Below are positions 24,620 through 38,914 of a DNA stretch of 64,000 nucleotides, in pieces. A program made the position numbers and the translations under genes. The stretch is taken from positions 310,001 to 374,000 of the forward strand of contig NIVC01000272.1 of NCBI GenBank assembly GCA_002269645.1, given 5' to 3'. The DNA is from Macrostomum lignano (lineage: Eukaryota). Position 1 is the first letter of the stretch; each line of letters opens with the position of its first letter. Below the pieces are notes generated by a model that ran no database searches, had not been told where the DNA came from, and saw nothing but the letters and a program-made list of their open reading frames with translations.

Positions 24620-25180
24620 GATTGTGGTCACCTGACCCCTCCGTCCAAGGTGATTGAGGGACTGTTGGGGTCACCTGACCCCTCCCGCCAAGGTGATTGA
24701 GGGACTGTTGGGGTCACCTGACCCCTCCCGCCAAGCTGATTGAGGGACTGTTGGGGTCACCTGACCCCTCCCGCCAAGCTGTTTGAGGGACTGTTGGGGT
24801 CACCTGACCCCTCCCGCCAAGCTGATTGAGTTACTGTTGGGGTCACCTGACCCCCGTCCAAGGTGATTGAGGGACTGTTGGGGTCACCTGACCCCCGTCC
24901 AAGGTGATTGAGGGACTGTTGGGGTCACCTGACCCCCGTCCAAGGTGATTGAGGGACTGTTGGGGTCACCTGACCTCTCCCGCCAAGGTGATTGAGGGAC
25001 TGTTGGGGTCACCTGACCTCTGCCAAGGTGATTGAGGGACTGTTGGGGTCACCTGACCCCTCTGCCAAGGTGATTGAGGGACTGTTGGGGTCACCTGACC
25101 CCTCCGCCAAGGTGATTGAGGGACTGTTGGGGTCACTGACCCTACTGCCAAGGTGATTAAGGGACTGTTGGGGTCACTTG
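24620..25180. repeat. ~41-43 bp minisatellite (GGTCACCTGACCCC...CCAAGGTGATTGAGGGACTGTTGG)
   Basis: Tandem copies downstream of AACS. Confidence 0.93.
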
Positions 25181-25809
25181 ACCCTCTTCCAAGAGAAGTA
25201 ACTAATCGTTGCACTGCTATCAACCGTAGGTTTTTAGTCATTGGTCTGAATGTTTTTCTTTGTCATTTTTTTCGGTATTTCAACGCTTTCGCAATTTTGC
25301 CAGCCTTTTAACTATGCAGTTCTTCAGAGTTCCTGATTTTTTTTCAAATTATTAATATTTCCAGTTTGCCAGCCTGACGGTTGCCATGGTTACCCAGGCC
25401 TAAGTCATTATTTTATTGATGGTTTTGCGCAGTTCTCCGTTTGAGATCGTTTCTCTCTGCCCTCAGGACTGTCAGGCCTCAGTGTTTTATGTGCGCCTTA
25501 TCAGACAAAATATACCTTTATCATTATTCGTATGTTCCTGCATTATTCATATTTTTATTCCAGCGCTTGTTGGTTTTAAATACAGTGTACACAACCGGCC
25601 GAGCTCATTGAGTTTCCACACTTAGCAACCAGGCTTGAAAAGCTGTTGTTACGTAATTAAAAGGAATTTGTTAACTGGCAGATTTTAAAATCGAGCAAAT
25701 CGAGCTGGCTCACGGAAATTGGCCCGGATGAGTCGTGCGACTCGCTGCCCTGAAGGCCGACCACATGGCGCAGAGCATGTGTACCTGCTGAAGATAAGAA
25801 AGTCGAGGT

Positions 25810-26070
25810 CAGGTAGCGTGTTGTCCTCCGAAGTGACCTGTGGGGGTAGCGTGTTGCCCTCCGAAGTGACCGGTGTGGGTAGCATGTTGCCCTCCGAAGT
25901 GACCGGTGTGGATAGCATGTTGCCCTCCGAAGTGACCAGTGTGGATAGCATGTTGCCCTCCGAAGTGACCAGTGTGGATAGCATGTTGCCCTCCGAAGTG
26001 ACCAGTGTATAGCATGATGAGGTAAGGATAGCGTGTTGGTGTTGTCCTCCCAAGTGACCCGTGGGGGTTA
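25810..26070. repeat. 33 bp minisatellite (AGCATGTTGCCCTCCGAAGTGACCAGTGTGGAT)
   Basis: Tandem copies. Confidence 0.9.
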
Positions 26071-29000
26071 CCAATCAAATTTAATGAATGAATGACTGAG
26101 TGACTGTACTTAGAATGATGGCATAGGTCATAGGATAGAATACGCTTATTTTATTCAGTAAAGAAATCTATCAGCCTTCCGTGTGCAGACTTCTGTACAC
26201 CCCACACGTACTTGGACACAGAGTTCATTGCAGGTATAGAGCTAGATTTAGTTTATCTTATTATTAATTTCAAGAGTTCCAGTCCGCCAGCGTTAGGCCA
26301 TCTTCTCTGGCGCATACTTACATTAAAGTGCACGAAGGACTTAGTCTCAGCTATATGTTAGAGCCGGGCCGAGCTGCAGATGCAGCTGCAGGCCTTTCCC
26401 GGCGAGTCCGCATCGATGATGCCTCGGAGAGATTGGATTGATGGGGGTGGGGCGCCTTTTTTAATGCGCATTAAGCGGCCGGCTGGGTGGGCGCTGCAGC
26501 TTCGCAAGACGGTCGCCAGCCTGAGGGAGAGGGCGGAGCTGGGAGGAGGCCTGCGATCGATTGCATTGATTGGCCGGCTTGGGAGGGTCTCCCCCCAGTG
26601 CCGGGCAACCTGGGCTTGCATTGGGGTGCGGAGTGGCCCCGGGCGCCGCTGCCAATTCCGCATCCGTCCGGGCCGGCAGCAACGCGCTTCTCGAGCCTCT
26701 TGAGGCGCGAGGACAGTTCACTTGGAGAGTGAAAGCCAGGCCTGTCAATCAACCCACCCTGCCTCCTCCGTGCACAGGGCGCTGTCACTTGACCTGCTGC
26801 ACGATGGGGCCGTCTCGTGTTCTGCCCGGGCAGGCCAGCCGGCATTCAGCAGATGGCGGCACTTGAAGCTGCCGGTGGGAGTTGTAGTGTATTTCTGCGA
26901 TTCCCGTTAAAAACCCAAAATGGCAGATAAAGATGTGGGAGCGGCTGCAGGTCGCATCCCCCCAGCCTCCTGCGCGTCGAAAGCGATTAGCGATTCCGGG
27001 CCCTCCGGCGCAGGGTGTCATCCCGCCAGCAATTGAAAGGTAGGCGGATGTGAGGCCGCCCAGTGCCAAACAAATCAGTCGTCCCTGCTGCTTCCTCGCG
27101 GCTCTTTTGCAGTTGCCAGCCATGTGTGTTCCGCCTCAGGGGGGGGGCGCTGACTAGCAAAAAACTGCTGGTTGGAGGGGAAAGTTGCAATGAATTGGCT
27201 GGCGGGTGCAGGGCAAACAGGCTGAGCGGCCGCACGCACTGCACACACACAGCGCAGCGACTCTGCCGCCTCTCGAAGGCCCGCGCTGTTTATTCAAACG
27301 CTGTCGCCGCCCCCAAGCCTGTTTTACCAGATGGCTGCTGGCTGGCCGGCCTGCTCTCCGCTTTGTGCGCGACTTCGAGCGCCTCTCTCTCAGTGTTTCT
27401 CTTAGCTCTGCTTCTCTCCCTCCTCTGCGGGCCCTCCACGCACGCATGCTGCAGTGTTTATACGGACAACACGGGGCCGATAGGGAGAGGAGAGAATGGG
27501 GCAGAAGAAGCCGAGGAGCTGCATCACCTCAGCCTCCTGGGCCCGTTCCAATTTCGTCTGTATTTTCCTCTCTCTCTTTCAGTTACGACAGGTGGGCTTT
27601 TTTCAGATCCTCACCCGCTCCGGCTGGGTCCTAATGCATTTTTTCGATGCGAAAAACGCCTTGCCTATAAAAGCGCGATTGGGAAGGCCCGCTACACGCG
27701 AGCGGATATTCGGAGGGGGGCAGCCGCTGGGCTTGCCGCCGGCTATAAAGCGATATTTTGTGTCTGAAAGCAGTTTATTCTAGATTGTTTCAAACGGGAA
27801 AGTGTGCAAGTCGGGCCTGGCAATGCTAATTCTGATTAATTCCCGCGGAGACCAGAATCCAGAACAAGGGGCGAGCAGCGGCGAATCCAAGATAATGGAC
27901 GGCCCAATTTTGCTGCAAGCTTCTGCGCTCTGCAGTGCCGAGTCGTCCAAAGACGCCGCAGCTCCCAGCCTCTATCTCCGTTAATTTCCGACCCGTGGGG
28001 GTGGCGCCCGGCCGCCGTGGGGGGTCCCGTGCCCCCAGCCACAGCATCACAAGCCTTACCGCTGCGGTTCAAGTGCTGTTTGACTTGGGGCTCGCCTGAC
28101 CCACCTCAACATTTCTGTTTGCCGATCTCTGACAAGCCGCCGGCCACCACTCAGCCTGGCGCACTGGAGGCCGTTCCGAATCCATTAAGTCCTCTCGTGT
28201 CCGCGAGTCAACACCGGTGACGCGAGGCTTCGTGGGCCTGTGACCCTCCCTGTGACTCGAGGCCCAATAGGGTCCGACTGACTGCGCGCCACCCCAACTT
28301 CCTGACTCCCGGCAGGGGATTTTAAATCGGGACTGCGCAGTAATTTTCCCCATTCGCATTTCTTCCCCAACCCAGCGCAATGGCTCGACCGCCCCCCCTT
28401 CCCCCGACTCCCGGCTACCTGGAGTGGCCGCGCAGCGCAGGTAATTGCAAATTAAATCGGTCTGGCTGTCGGGCAGGCAATATATTTTCAACTGGCTCGC
28501 TGGGCTAATCAACACAGGTTCCCACCGCCTGCTCCGCTGTGCTGGCCTCAGAGCCTGAGAGCCGGGATCCGCGTCCCATTCAGCCTCCCAAAGCCGCCTC
28601 TTCCAACTCTACGCAGTGCTGCTAGAAGCCAGGCAGAAGAAGAAAAAATGGCACCCAGGCAAGACTGTTTTCTTTTGGCAAACACAAGAACTGGCTCGCC
28701 CCGCGTATCGGGAACTCGTCGCGTTCATTGCACGGTGCCTCCAATCAGTTTGAAAGCCCCAGGCCTTTCCTCTTCTTCCATCCTGACCCAACTGGACGAA
28801 CCCCTCCCCCCGTGCAGGCAGTCTCCGTAAGTTTACCTTCTCGCAAGCAAGAGGGGAGGCAGGGGTGCTCAGAACCCCAGTGTGTATTGCAAATGTGTGT
28901 GTGGCCTCCCTCAGGCACAGAACTGGGCCACATCGCCCACCCCTTGCAGCCGCCCTCCCTCCAGTTGTGGCCCCCATAAATAAAGCGAGCTAAACGGAGG

Positions 29001-31653
29001 AAAGCCAAGTCCCCCCCGTGTCCCGATTTCGGGTCCGCGTCTGGGGTGGCGCTGCGGGCCTGCGCTCGCCTACTAATAGGCTATTAATACAGCGCCCCGG
29101 ACTGCAGAAGACGGAAATGCAGGAAATAAGCCGGCGGGCCCCGCCCCAAACCGGCACTCCTAGAGCCCGGCGGGCCATCAGGGTCCGGTGGAGTATAAAA
29201 TGCCTGGCCAGGCGGCCGTCCGACTCGGCGCAGCGTCATCCCAGCTGTCTGCATCGTTATTGTGCGGTAAGCTAGCAACTCACTCTTCATCTGGCCTAGC
29301 TGTCCAGCCTCCTCTCTCGCGCCGCCGAAATCCGTAAACTGACTGCAGGCCAAGTCAATTTGCGGAGGCTGAGATGCGCCTCACCGTCCCGCCCGAACTA
29401 ATTCTGTGGACTAAAGCAGGTGACACACTCAGGTGTTACTCGTACAGGCGCATAAGGCAAGATTTTGGCATAGCTGAAATTCCACACAGTGCGCAAAGCA
29501 ACCAGGCATTTCGAATGCCGCTCAATTGGTTCGCTGCTTAGAGCATCAGCTGTGCCGAGTCTTACCATAAGCCAGTCCACTGAGCAACGTGTCTGACCCC
29601 CCCCCCCTGCACTCTGCGCTTTGACTTACTGTAGCAATAATCTGCTTCACTACGAGTATTGCGAATCGCTCGCACTTTCAGCAGTCCGGCAAAGACCAGA
29701 CTGAAGACTCTGTTCACTAGGCTCCTTTTTTCTCATTTTCACCTGCAGCTCTTAAGTCATAAATAAATTTGTTACTGGGTATTCCAGTGAAAACTTGCAT
29801 GAATTTTGATGACTTTTTTGACTAATCTTGTCTGCATCGGCCGTTCTTTGAGCACCTGACGACTGGATGGCCTTGGTTGCTCACCTCAAGCCTGGAGGGA
29901 GACAAAAGCTTGCGGCCAGCAACCCCAGCGCCCTCCCCCCGCCCGGTCAAACACTCGGATTTCGACTGAGCGACGTCGATCTGAGCAGCTGTTGCTCCGC
30001 AGTGCAGTTGTACATTCGCAAACTGCAAACACGGGCCGGGGAAGGGAGGCGGTGGGCAAACACGGAGCAGCGAGGAGAGGCAGAATTTGCCGAGGCAAAC
30101 TTGGCCCAGTGTTGACTCGGAGGTAAGAGGGGGGGGGTTGAGAGCCGTCTCGATCAGCCCTGCCGAAAGCTTTTGCTTTACCTATGGAAGAAGAACGCTT
30201 GAGCCTTGCCAGATAGCCGGGCTTGAAGCAGGAAATTGAGGCGGCAAGCGAACTCATCCAGAATCGTGAATAACGCAGAGCTTAAGACTTGAAATTAACG
30301 GATGAAGCAGAACTTTAAACTGAGTACTCCAGATCTCAATAGAAATCGGAGCCCGATGCGGCTTCAAGAAGTGCGAGAGATTCTGGGACGTCTCATCGGC
30401 CCCGATTGCCTGCAGACTGTAGCCCGGCTCAGGGTGGGTGGGTGCATGTTTGCTCTCAGGCGTTCGGTTTCACTCTCGCTGGAGGCTACTGGGAGTTTCT
30501 CCCCAGTCTCCGGGGTGACACGATGGCGAGGGGCTTTGGAGTTTTTCGGAAGACTGCGGGGCAGGCAGCGAGCGGCGCTGCTTGGTCACGTCCGGGGGAA
30601 ACCGGAGAGCAGCATCTGTGAGTTCCTGCGCAAACACCCGGCAACTACTTTCGCTGCATACACGCCCCCCCCCCTCTATGTGCTCAGCTCATCCCCTCCA
30701 TCTTGCAGATGCTGAGACGCACACAGATATGGAGAAGGGAGGCTTGCGTGTTGACTCGAGAGACGACTGAACACTGTGGCTTTCACCGCCTGACAGGCAG
30801 GCTGTCAGACGGCCTATCGCATTCGGTCTTCTTGGAACACACAAAATGAGCTGCCTGTAGAGCGGGGCCGCCCTTTTCCTCGGCGCTCATTTTTTGCTTC
30901 ATTATTTGCATTCGCTTGCTTTTGTGGAGGCTCGGACTGCAGACTGAATAAAGACGGGGAGGGGGGGGCAAGACCGACCGACTTCGCCACCCGTGTTTGC
31001 CCAGCGCCATGATTTACCCTGGCTGTGCAGTGCACGCGTGGCTCCAGCATCTGCCGAGCTATTTTCCTGTGTGCTTTGTTAAAAAGATGCTCAATTCGAC
31101 TCGAACGTGTTCTGCTTAACAACCTCTGCTTAATTGTTGTCAAAACTTTGAGCAATGCCTCACTAACTGGGACAACATCTATACATTAGGGCGCCAAAAC
31201 GAATATTCAGGACCATAATCGCACACGGCTAAAAAGTGCAGCGATATTCCTAGACGTGAGAAAATTTAGCGGCAGGGCGGCCGGTCGCTTTAACACATCG
31301 CAGAGTTCACTAGCGGTATAGATAAGGGAATGCACAAGCTGGGAATGTACAGGCTGTTTTGCAACAGGGTCTTAAGCACAATAGGAGCAGTGAACAAAAT
31401 GTCAGTAGCTAAAATTAGCAGACATAATTTCTGACATAATTTTAAAAATAGGCATTGCGTTTGTCTCAGACTGACAGCAGGGCTCGAGGGCGCCACAGGA
31501 AACTCTACAATAAATCCACGTTGGAATGTTTTAACAAGGAACTAAAATTATGATTATAAATAAGAATTTAAAAACCTAAGAAGTATCTAGGTAATTATAC
31601 GAGTAACACATTTTCGAGTAGACCTGTTGCTAAGTCAATCGCTATTTCAAGTA

Positions 31654-34194
31654 ATGAGGTGTCTTGGTGATTCGCAGCTCGAATCGGCAGCGCAGTTAAA
31701 GTTGATTGACCGCCACGGAGCCGGCTGGGTGAGTCAAATAAGGCCATCATGTTGAAGTTTGGCCACTGTTGTGGAGCTGCTTTTACCTGCAATGGTCTTG
31801 TAAACCCGCAGACTCCATACGCAGCCACTCGATCGCTCGAGTCCTTGGCTGCTCATCTCGGCTCAGTCGCCAACAGCGACCTAGAGAGAGTGCGCTCAGT
31901 GTACAGGTGGATCACTGCTCACATTGAGTAAGAGGGGTTACTTTCTGTTAGTTTCAATCATGAGTCAAGAGTCTACCAGAATCGACTGCCGCCTTGGCAG
32001 GTTTGACGTGGACGGCCGCTACGGACGGCGGGCCAGACTCCCCAACGATGCAGAGTCCGTGCTGAAGAACAGAGCCGGCGTCTGCGAGGGCTATGCCAAC
32101 CTGATGCTTGAGCTCTGCTCGTAAGCTCATCTTGTTATTGTCTGAATTAGTAAAACCAACTTCAAAGACTCACTTTGCTGACATTTTAGAATCCTTGGAG
32201 TTACCTGCAAAGTTATTTCTGGCTACTCAAAGGAAAACGACTCAGGTGTCACCGGGGACCAGCAGGCTGCATTCGACCCCACTGAATTTCACGCATGGAA
32301 CGCAGTGCAACTCGACGGCCGGTGGAAACTCATCGATTGCACCTGGGGAGCCGGTTTTGTCAAAGACAAAAATAATTTCGTGAGACAGGAGAACGACTTG
32401 TACTTTCTCCCGGACCCCAAGGTGTTCATCGAGGATCATTTTCCCTTCATGAACTCTGACATGGCTGGAAGCAAGAAGTGGCAGCTGCTGAAGAAGCCGA
32501 TTGACCTGGCCTAGCTGCTCTCTTCCTGTTGAGCACTTTCAGACGTGAGAACACCATTATTTTTCGCATCCCCATGCTGCAGTTACGATATTGACGGATA
32601 CTTCGGGAAAAAAGAAAAGTCTCCCAACGATCCGCAATCAGTCCTCAAGAATGGGACTTCGGTGTGCGAAGGATACGCTTCAATCAGCCTCAGTCTACTT
32701 CAGTAAGTAGTATAAAGCAAATTTCTTTAGTTAATTTCTTTAGTCAATACATAATGCATTGTGAACTTCTTTGAAATATTTAATACGTTTCCTGACTTCG
32801 ACAGGCAAAATATATTTTGAAATAGCGAAAAACTTTACTTAAACATTTTCAGACTCTTGGGCATCGAGTGCGTCAAGATCAGCGGCTACTCGAAAGGATT
32901 TGGCTACAATCCGACTAAACCGCTTACGACTGACAAGGACACCGATCACGCATGGAACGCTGTGAAATTGAATGGCGAATGGCGATTCATTGAGACAACC
33001 TGGGGCGCTGGTCACGTCAATTCCGATCACAAGTTTGAAAGAAACGAGACTGACTTTTACTTTCTCACAGATCCCGAGGTGTTCATCGAGGCGCACTTTC
33101 CCTATATGAACTCCGACATGGCCGAGAGCAAGAAGTGGCAACTGCTGAAGAACCCGATCGATCTGGACACTTTTAACAACCGAGTAAAGCGAGAAAAAGC
33201 TTGCATTGAGCACCAGGTCGAGCTCATGTCTCACAACAAAGCTCTCGTTGATGTAGACGGCGAGGTGACGCTGAAGTTCAGAGGAAACGGAAAACCACTG
33301 ACGTCATTCAGTGCAAAGTTTGTAAACCCGAGCACAGGCGAGAGACTGAGCAGTGACAAGTACGTTGCTACAGTGCTCGATCACCACAAAAACGAGGTCA
33401 CGGTGACTGCACGACCTCCATCGAGTGGCGTCTACTGGAAACTGGACGTGTTTGGAAAAACGAATGAAGCTGCAAAGACATCCGACTGCATCGTCTCGTA
33501 CCACCTTCAGTCCAAGTCTGACCGCCATCTACCCGAATTTCCTGACGACAGTCTGGGATACTACGGACTACACGAGAGTCCAGAGAAGTTTGGCTTTTCA
33601 AAACATAATTTCTGTTCTAAGGAAGGTTTTTGGCTGCAAGTTGACGGCGGTGCTCAGAGTGAGTTCCAACTGAAAATTCCCGCTTCTACTTTGCTTTCAG
33701 CGTCGGCAGAATTTCTTAGTGCTGATAAAAGCGCGAGAGAAGAAAGCTTCAGCTTCGTTGAGTACAATGAAGGCTTTCTTAAAGTCAGTCTTAGAATGGG
33801 TCACGCTGGTTTTTACCAGCTACAGCTGTTTTGTAAGGAAAGTGGATCAAAGAGCAACTCACTTCCGATGCTGGCAAATCTCCTGGTTGAGTGCGTGAAG
33901 CCCATGAAGCAACCGAAACCGTTTCCGACTTCCTACACCAGTGTTATTGAAGAGCAGGTCACGCTGGTCTGTCCTCGTGATGGCAACCTGCCTGCCAACT
34001 CCGAGATTCGATTCAAGCTGTCATCGCCAAGGCTGAAGAAGCTGATGGTGAATAAGAAAGTTTACGACGCGACTAAGGACGGCTTTGACATCGTTGAGAA
34101 AACTGGCTCTGTCGGTAGCGACTTGTCGGTGTTCGGCACTGCTGACGCAAATGCTGCGTCCTTCACGGGACTCTATAGGTTCAAAATCATATGA
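31654..34194 (+). CDS. Kyphoscoliosis peptidase (KY)-like transglutaminase-fold protein; exons 31654-31728, 31812-31927, then either 32001-32120 + 32190-32514 or 32583-32702 + 32853-34194
   Basis: RSVYRWIT, VCEGYA (Cys), HAWNAV (His), I[D/E].TWGAG and YFL.DP motifs; GT-AG boundaries and phases consistent. Confidence 0.85.
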
Positions 34195-35709
34195 CTGATT
34201 CTAATAACTACACTTTGATTGACAGAAATATCGATTGAAAATGGACCCAATTGATTTTATTCAGAAAACACTGATTTTACTGTACAATTTTTTGTACTGC
34301 AGTGCAGTATTTTTAATAAAAAGCATGCTTCCTTCGGAACTTTTTAACTCTGTTGATCTCCTTTAACTTCTGACTTTAAAAACTACCTTTCATGGTAACA
34401 CGCTCACATTGTATTGAACTTTGCTTTTTGTACTTTATTTTATGAAAGCTTTCCCGATAATCAGGTGACTATATTTGATCAGGTTTACTCAGGTCGACTC
34501 GCGTTAACTAATTCTATCAAAGAAGGCTCTTTAACTTTAGAGGCCCGCTAATCTTGCAAAATAAATATGATAATGAAATTTTTTTTGGTATTATGAAAAG
34601 TATAAACTGATCATTGTTTGACCAGTCTGCCTTCGTGGCCATTTTTCATTAGGATTCAAAAGAATTACTTAATCGACGAATTTACAATAGCAGTGTTGAG
34701 TTGATGGGCTTCGATAACGGTACAGAAAAACGAGAAACATTCATGAACAAAAATCTAGCTGTAAAACAATTGGCTCAAAGAGCACTTTTGACGTAGTTTC
34801 CATATTATAAACTTGTTATCGAAAGTCTTAACTTTTTAGACTACTCGCATAAAACAGTTCTGATCTTTCAGTCCCCATACGACACTCCCCTCGCCACTGA
34901 TGACTCTCGTACAGTCCGCCATCACCTCGTACGCCTTTTCCAAGAAACGGTCAGCACAATAAGTAGCGATTTTAGAAAATTTCAAAATTATAAAACTGAT
35001 CTTGCTGAAGCCTTATTTAAGAAGGCTTTGATATAGTCGCTCAGTTGCACTGGATCTAAGGTTGGCTAGCTTTTCTAAGGCTGAACCGCTGAAACCCATA
35101 AAATGAAGGCAATTTTTGTGTGATTTCACTTGGTGCATCGGTTTGGACAATTTGATACTAATCGATAGTCGTGTACACTAGCCGCTACTGTACTTTGCTT
35201 TTGGTAGTACAGTGACTTAACAAAACAATCAAGGTATTTATGTTGGAGCCTACCTATATGACTTAACAAAATGGCTGGTACCTTTCTGTCGTTTAAAAAA
35301 TCAATAACAAGCCATAAAATTAAGATTTACAAGCCTTTGCGCTGATTGGCTGACGCCAGTGGTAGGATGATGTACTCTTACGTATGAATGTACACGCGTC
35401 TGAGCTAATCTACTTTAAGTAAGCAAAGAGAACTCCAGCTATACTAAGGGCGCACTATACTAAGTACTCTCTAAAATTTGCTACAACAATGGCTGTAAGG
35501 CTGTAAGCCTTGGGCGGAGCAGACGGCCCACGTGACGACCGTACCAAACCCCAACACCCCTTATGGTGTGAGGTTGGGGGGATGGGTGCAGCCCCACCCA
35601 ATTCCATGCAATAAGAATGCACAGACTGGTGCACAGAATATTCTGTGTGCTGGTGTGAGTGTAGAGAAGTGAAAAGGAGAGAAGCCAAGTCAAGTGCAAC
35701 ACACTCGGC

Positions 35710-36530
35710 ATGGGCAACGCTCCCAGCGCAACACAGAAGGTCGCTCCAGGAGAAGTTCTGGCCGCGCCGTGGGACCTCAACCATGCTGGAGTGCCGACGC
35801 CGTTGAAGAACTCCTGTCAAAAGGTCGCCGAAAAGACCGCCAAATGTGGGTGTCGACCTGTCCAAGCTGAAGCGCATTGATGAACACTCACACAATGTAA
35901 GTTTTGCAGATTCCTTGTGAATTTACTAACATTTAAATATCCTATTGATGTTTGAGAATTAAAAGATTAGTTAATTAAAATATGATGGAGTCCGCAATCA
36001 AAGCATTAGAGCAGAGTGCTATTCATTCTGCCGAAGTCCTCGGACCATCTCGGTAATAGATAGAGCTATTTTATATGGATTTCTTGTACGCTGTGTGTAA
36101 TATATCTCAGGTGCATTTCAATTAGAATCTTTAAGCAAAATTTGCAAACGATATTCTCGCTAAAGCTTTGCAGACCCCGCCAGTGGCTACGAAGACGCTT
36201 CAAGCCTTGGCCACCTACCTCTGCTCGGCTGCCAGCTCGGACTTGGAGAAGGCTCGCGCTGCTTACAAGTGGATCACTACTAATATCGAGTGAGTTCACT
36301 CTACCAACCTGTTTAAGGTTTCTTTTGTTTTTATCAATATCGATCATTTTTACGACTAAATGCATTTTGCGTTGCCCCCCGAGTGGGGATCGGGTGCCCT
36401 CCGAGTGGGGGTCGGGTGCCCTCGGAGTGGAAAGAGACCGATGGCCCCCTGCGATGCGGAGTCGGTGCTGAAGAACCGGCTCTGTGTGTGCGCTGGGTAC
36501 GCAGCCATCATGCTGCGCCTGTGCCAGCAG
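35710..36530 (+). pseudogene. Second KY-like gene, 5' part only (exons ~35710-35896, 36174-36289, ~36420-36530), with a 1-nt frameshift in exon 1
   Basis: MGNAPS start, LKRIDEH, TPPVATKTLQALATYL...KARAAYKWITTNIE, AESVLKNRLCVCAGYA; no HAWN exon found downstream in the window. Confidence 0.7.
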
Positions 36531-37339
36531 TGAGTTCATTCGCTGTCTAACCTTGGTTTCTCAGCTCAAAATAAAACCAGCGAGATAATCGCAGCGCTTC
36601 CGCATACGGGAGTGACAGCGATTTGGAAACGGACAAGTTTAGAAATAGAAATTATTGCGAAATGTAAATTATTATTCGTTTTAAAACAAGTTTTTTTCGC
36701 CAGCATTTGCCTCAGATTCGGTCATTCTTCCAACAGTAGTGATGGGAATGCTTTCCTTAGGGTTTGAAACAAAATTATTTAATCTTTCGACTATCGACTT
36801 CCATTTTTAACCTGAAAAAGGTATTTAATTAATTAGGCATGAGGTGCTTCTGGGGAAATTTTTTCTAATTCTTCCACAATGCCATTATCTCTACATTGGT
36901 TACGTCCCGTAGAAGTTAATAAAAGGGGAGTCAACTTAGTTCGAAAATCTTGCTCCTTAATCCCATTAATTCTATCTGTATTTTTGCCAACGAAATCGCA
37001 AAATTAACAAGGTAATCAGATCTAAAAATCCAAACTTACTACTTTTACTTACTACTGCTTAATCTTAGAATTATCCATTTTCAATACGCATTCTTTAAGC
37101 GTCATTCAGTTTTTTTCCCAAAACCAGATCCTCAGTAATCCTCAGCAATAATCAGTTCAGGGTCTTCAGCCTCTTAAAAGTACAATAATTTGGAATAAAA
37201 ATGTTTCCAGTTGTCTCAACAAGTTCCTACTACGTTCAATTGTACAAAACCAAATACCAGTGCAAGAAGAAATGCAACCGGTACATGCAACCCCCGAGTA
37301 GAAATCACGTCAAGAAACATATGAAGCCATATGTAGCCC

Positions 37340-38160
37340 TGAGACCTAGGGCAAGAGAGATCATAGAGGGAAACAGAGATCATAGAGGGGAAAGAGAGAT
37401 CATAGAGGGAAATATCTATCATAGAGGGAAACAGAGATCATAGAGGGAAATAGAGATCATAGAGGGAAATAGAAGATCATTGAGGTGCAAGAGAGATCAT
37501 AGAGGGAAACAGAGATCATAGAAGATCATTAAGGTGCAAGAGAGATCATAGAGGGAAACAGAGATCATAGAGAATGAAAGAGAGATCATAGAGTGGAAAG
37601 AGATTAGAGAGGGCAAGAGAGATCACAGAAAAGGCAAAAGAGATCATAGAGGCCAGAAGAGATTATATAGAGGGCAAGAGAGATCATTGAGGGACAAGAG
37701 TGATCATAGAGAGGGCAATAGTGATCATAAAGAGGGTAATGGCGATCATAGAGAGCACAATAGTGATCATAAAGAGGGCAATAGTGATCATAAAGAGGGC
37801 AATAGTGATCATAGACAGGGCAATAGTGATCATAGACAGGGCAATAGTGATCATAAAGAGGGACAAGAGAGATCATAGAGAGGGCAATAGAGAGATCATA
37901 GAGAGGGCAATATTGATCATAGAGAGGGCAATAGAGAGATCATAGAGAGGCAATATTGTTCATAGAGAGGGCAATAATGATCATAGAGAGGGCCATAGAG
38001 AGATCACATAGAGGGCAGGAGAGAGAACATAGAAGGGAAAAGAGATCAATAATACTCGTAGAGGGGGCTTGACTTAGCTGCAGGGCGATCCGAAGACGCA
38101 GTGGGGATTCGGGCGTCGCCCATTCCACTACATAGAGAGGGCAAGAGAGATCATTGAGCA
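37340..38160. repeat. 17-21 bp purine-rich minisatellite (AGAGATCATAGAGGGAAA family)
   Basis: Tandem degenerate copies. Confidence 0.9.
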
Positions 38161-38914
38161 CACAGAAAACTGAGAAAGCGCAATACGAGACGATTATCTT
38201 AATTTTTATCTCTTTCTAGAATCCTAATTACTTACAATATACCAGATTTCTATATGGTAGTAATTGCGAATCATTTGGTGAGTTTTTATCTATTGTAACT
38301 CAGGACTGTATTCGCCTAATTTTTATGTTAAATTGAGTTTATTTGCAATAACAGGTCTGTATTTAACATGCTCATAGTGGCGGTACTGCATTAATAATAT
38401 GCTAACAATTGCTCTCCAACCTGGCCATTTCTAGCAAGCAAATGCCATGCAAGAGAAAAAAGGGTTTATTTGCAGCTTAGTTCAGCTTTGGGTTTGGCAC
38501 TGCTTGCAGATCATAACTGCCCGAACTCTCTCTGCGTCTCTCCCTCACCCTATCTAGCGTCTTGCGACCTGTCATTTCTCTAACCCTTTCATAGTGTGGT
38601 GCGCTCTGCATTTTATAATCTAGTTTCTAGATATGGTAGAAGGGTTAACTGTACAGTAGTCCTTCTGCGCCCGACTGCCTCTCGCGCTAGGGCTTGGAAG
38701 GGGTTTGCGAGTTCTGGCTCTGTCTGGTGTGGGTTAACTTGCGCTGAGTTTAATCAGTGGCTAATTCAGGAATTGCTTGCTACAGGTAACAGAAGCTGAA
38801 ATCTCCAGTGTGAACGGATAGGGCTGTTTGAATTCTACTGAAAATGGGTTTTGTTAAAGTCTCTAATATTTACCTCGTAGTTGCTGTTATGTAGTTCAGT
38901 GAACCTCTGTCTAG

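Noticed and set aside
26350-31290. Dense short GC-rich ORFs on both strands; weak terminal similarity near 26350 and 31280
   Set aside because: No recognisable motif, splice pattern, convincing TIR or TSD; left unannotated
34890-34960. CTGATGA...GAAAC hammerhead-like core
   Set aside because: No stem II pairing between the two core motifs
38060-38140. Short GC hairpin inserted in a minisatellite
   Set aside because: Single imperfect stem with no RNA-family signature
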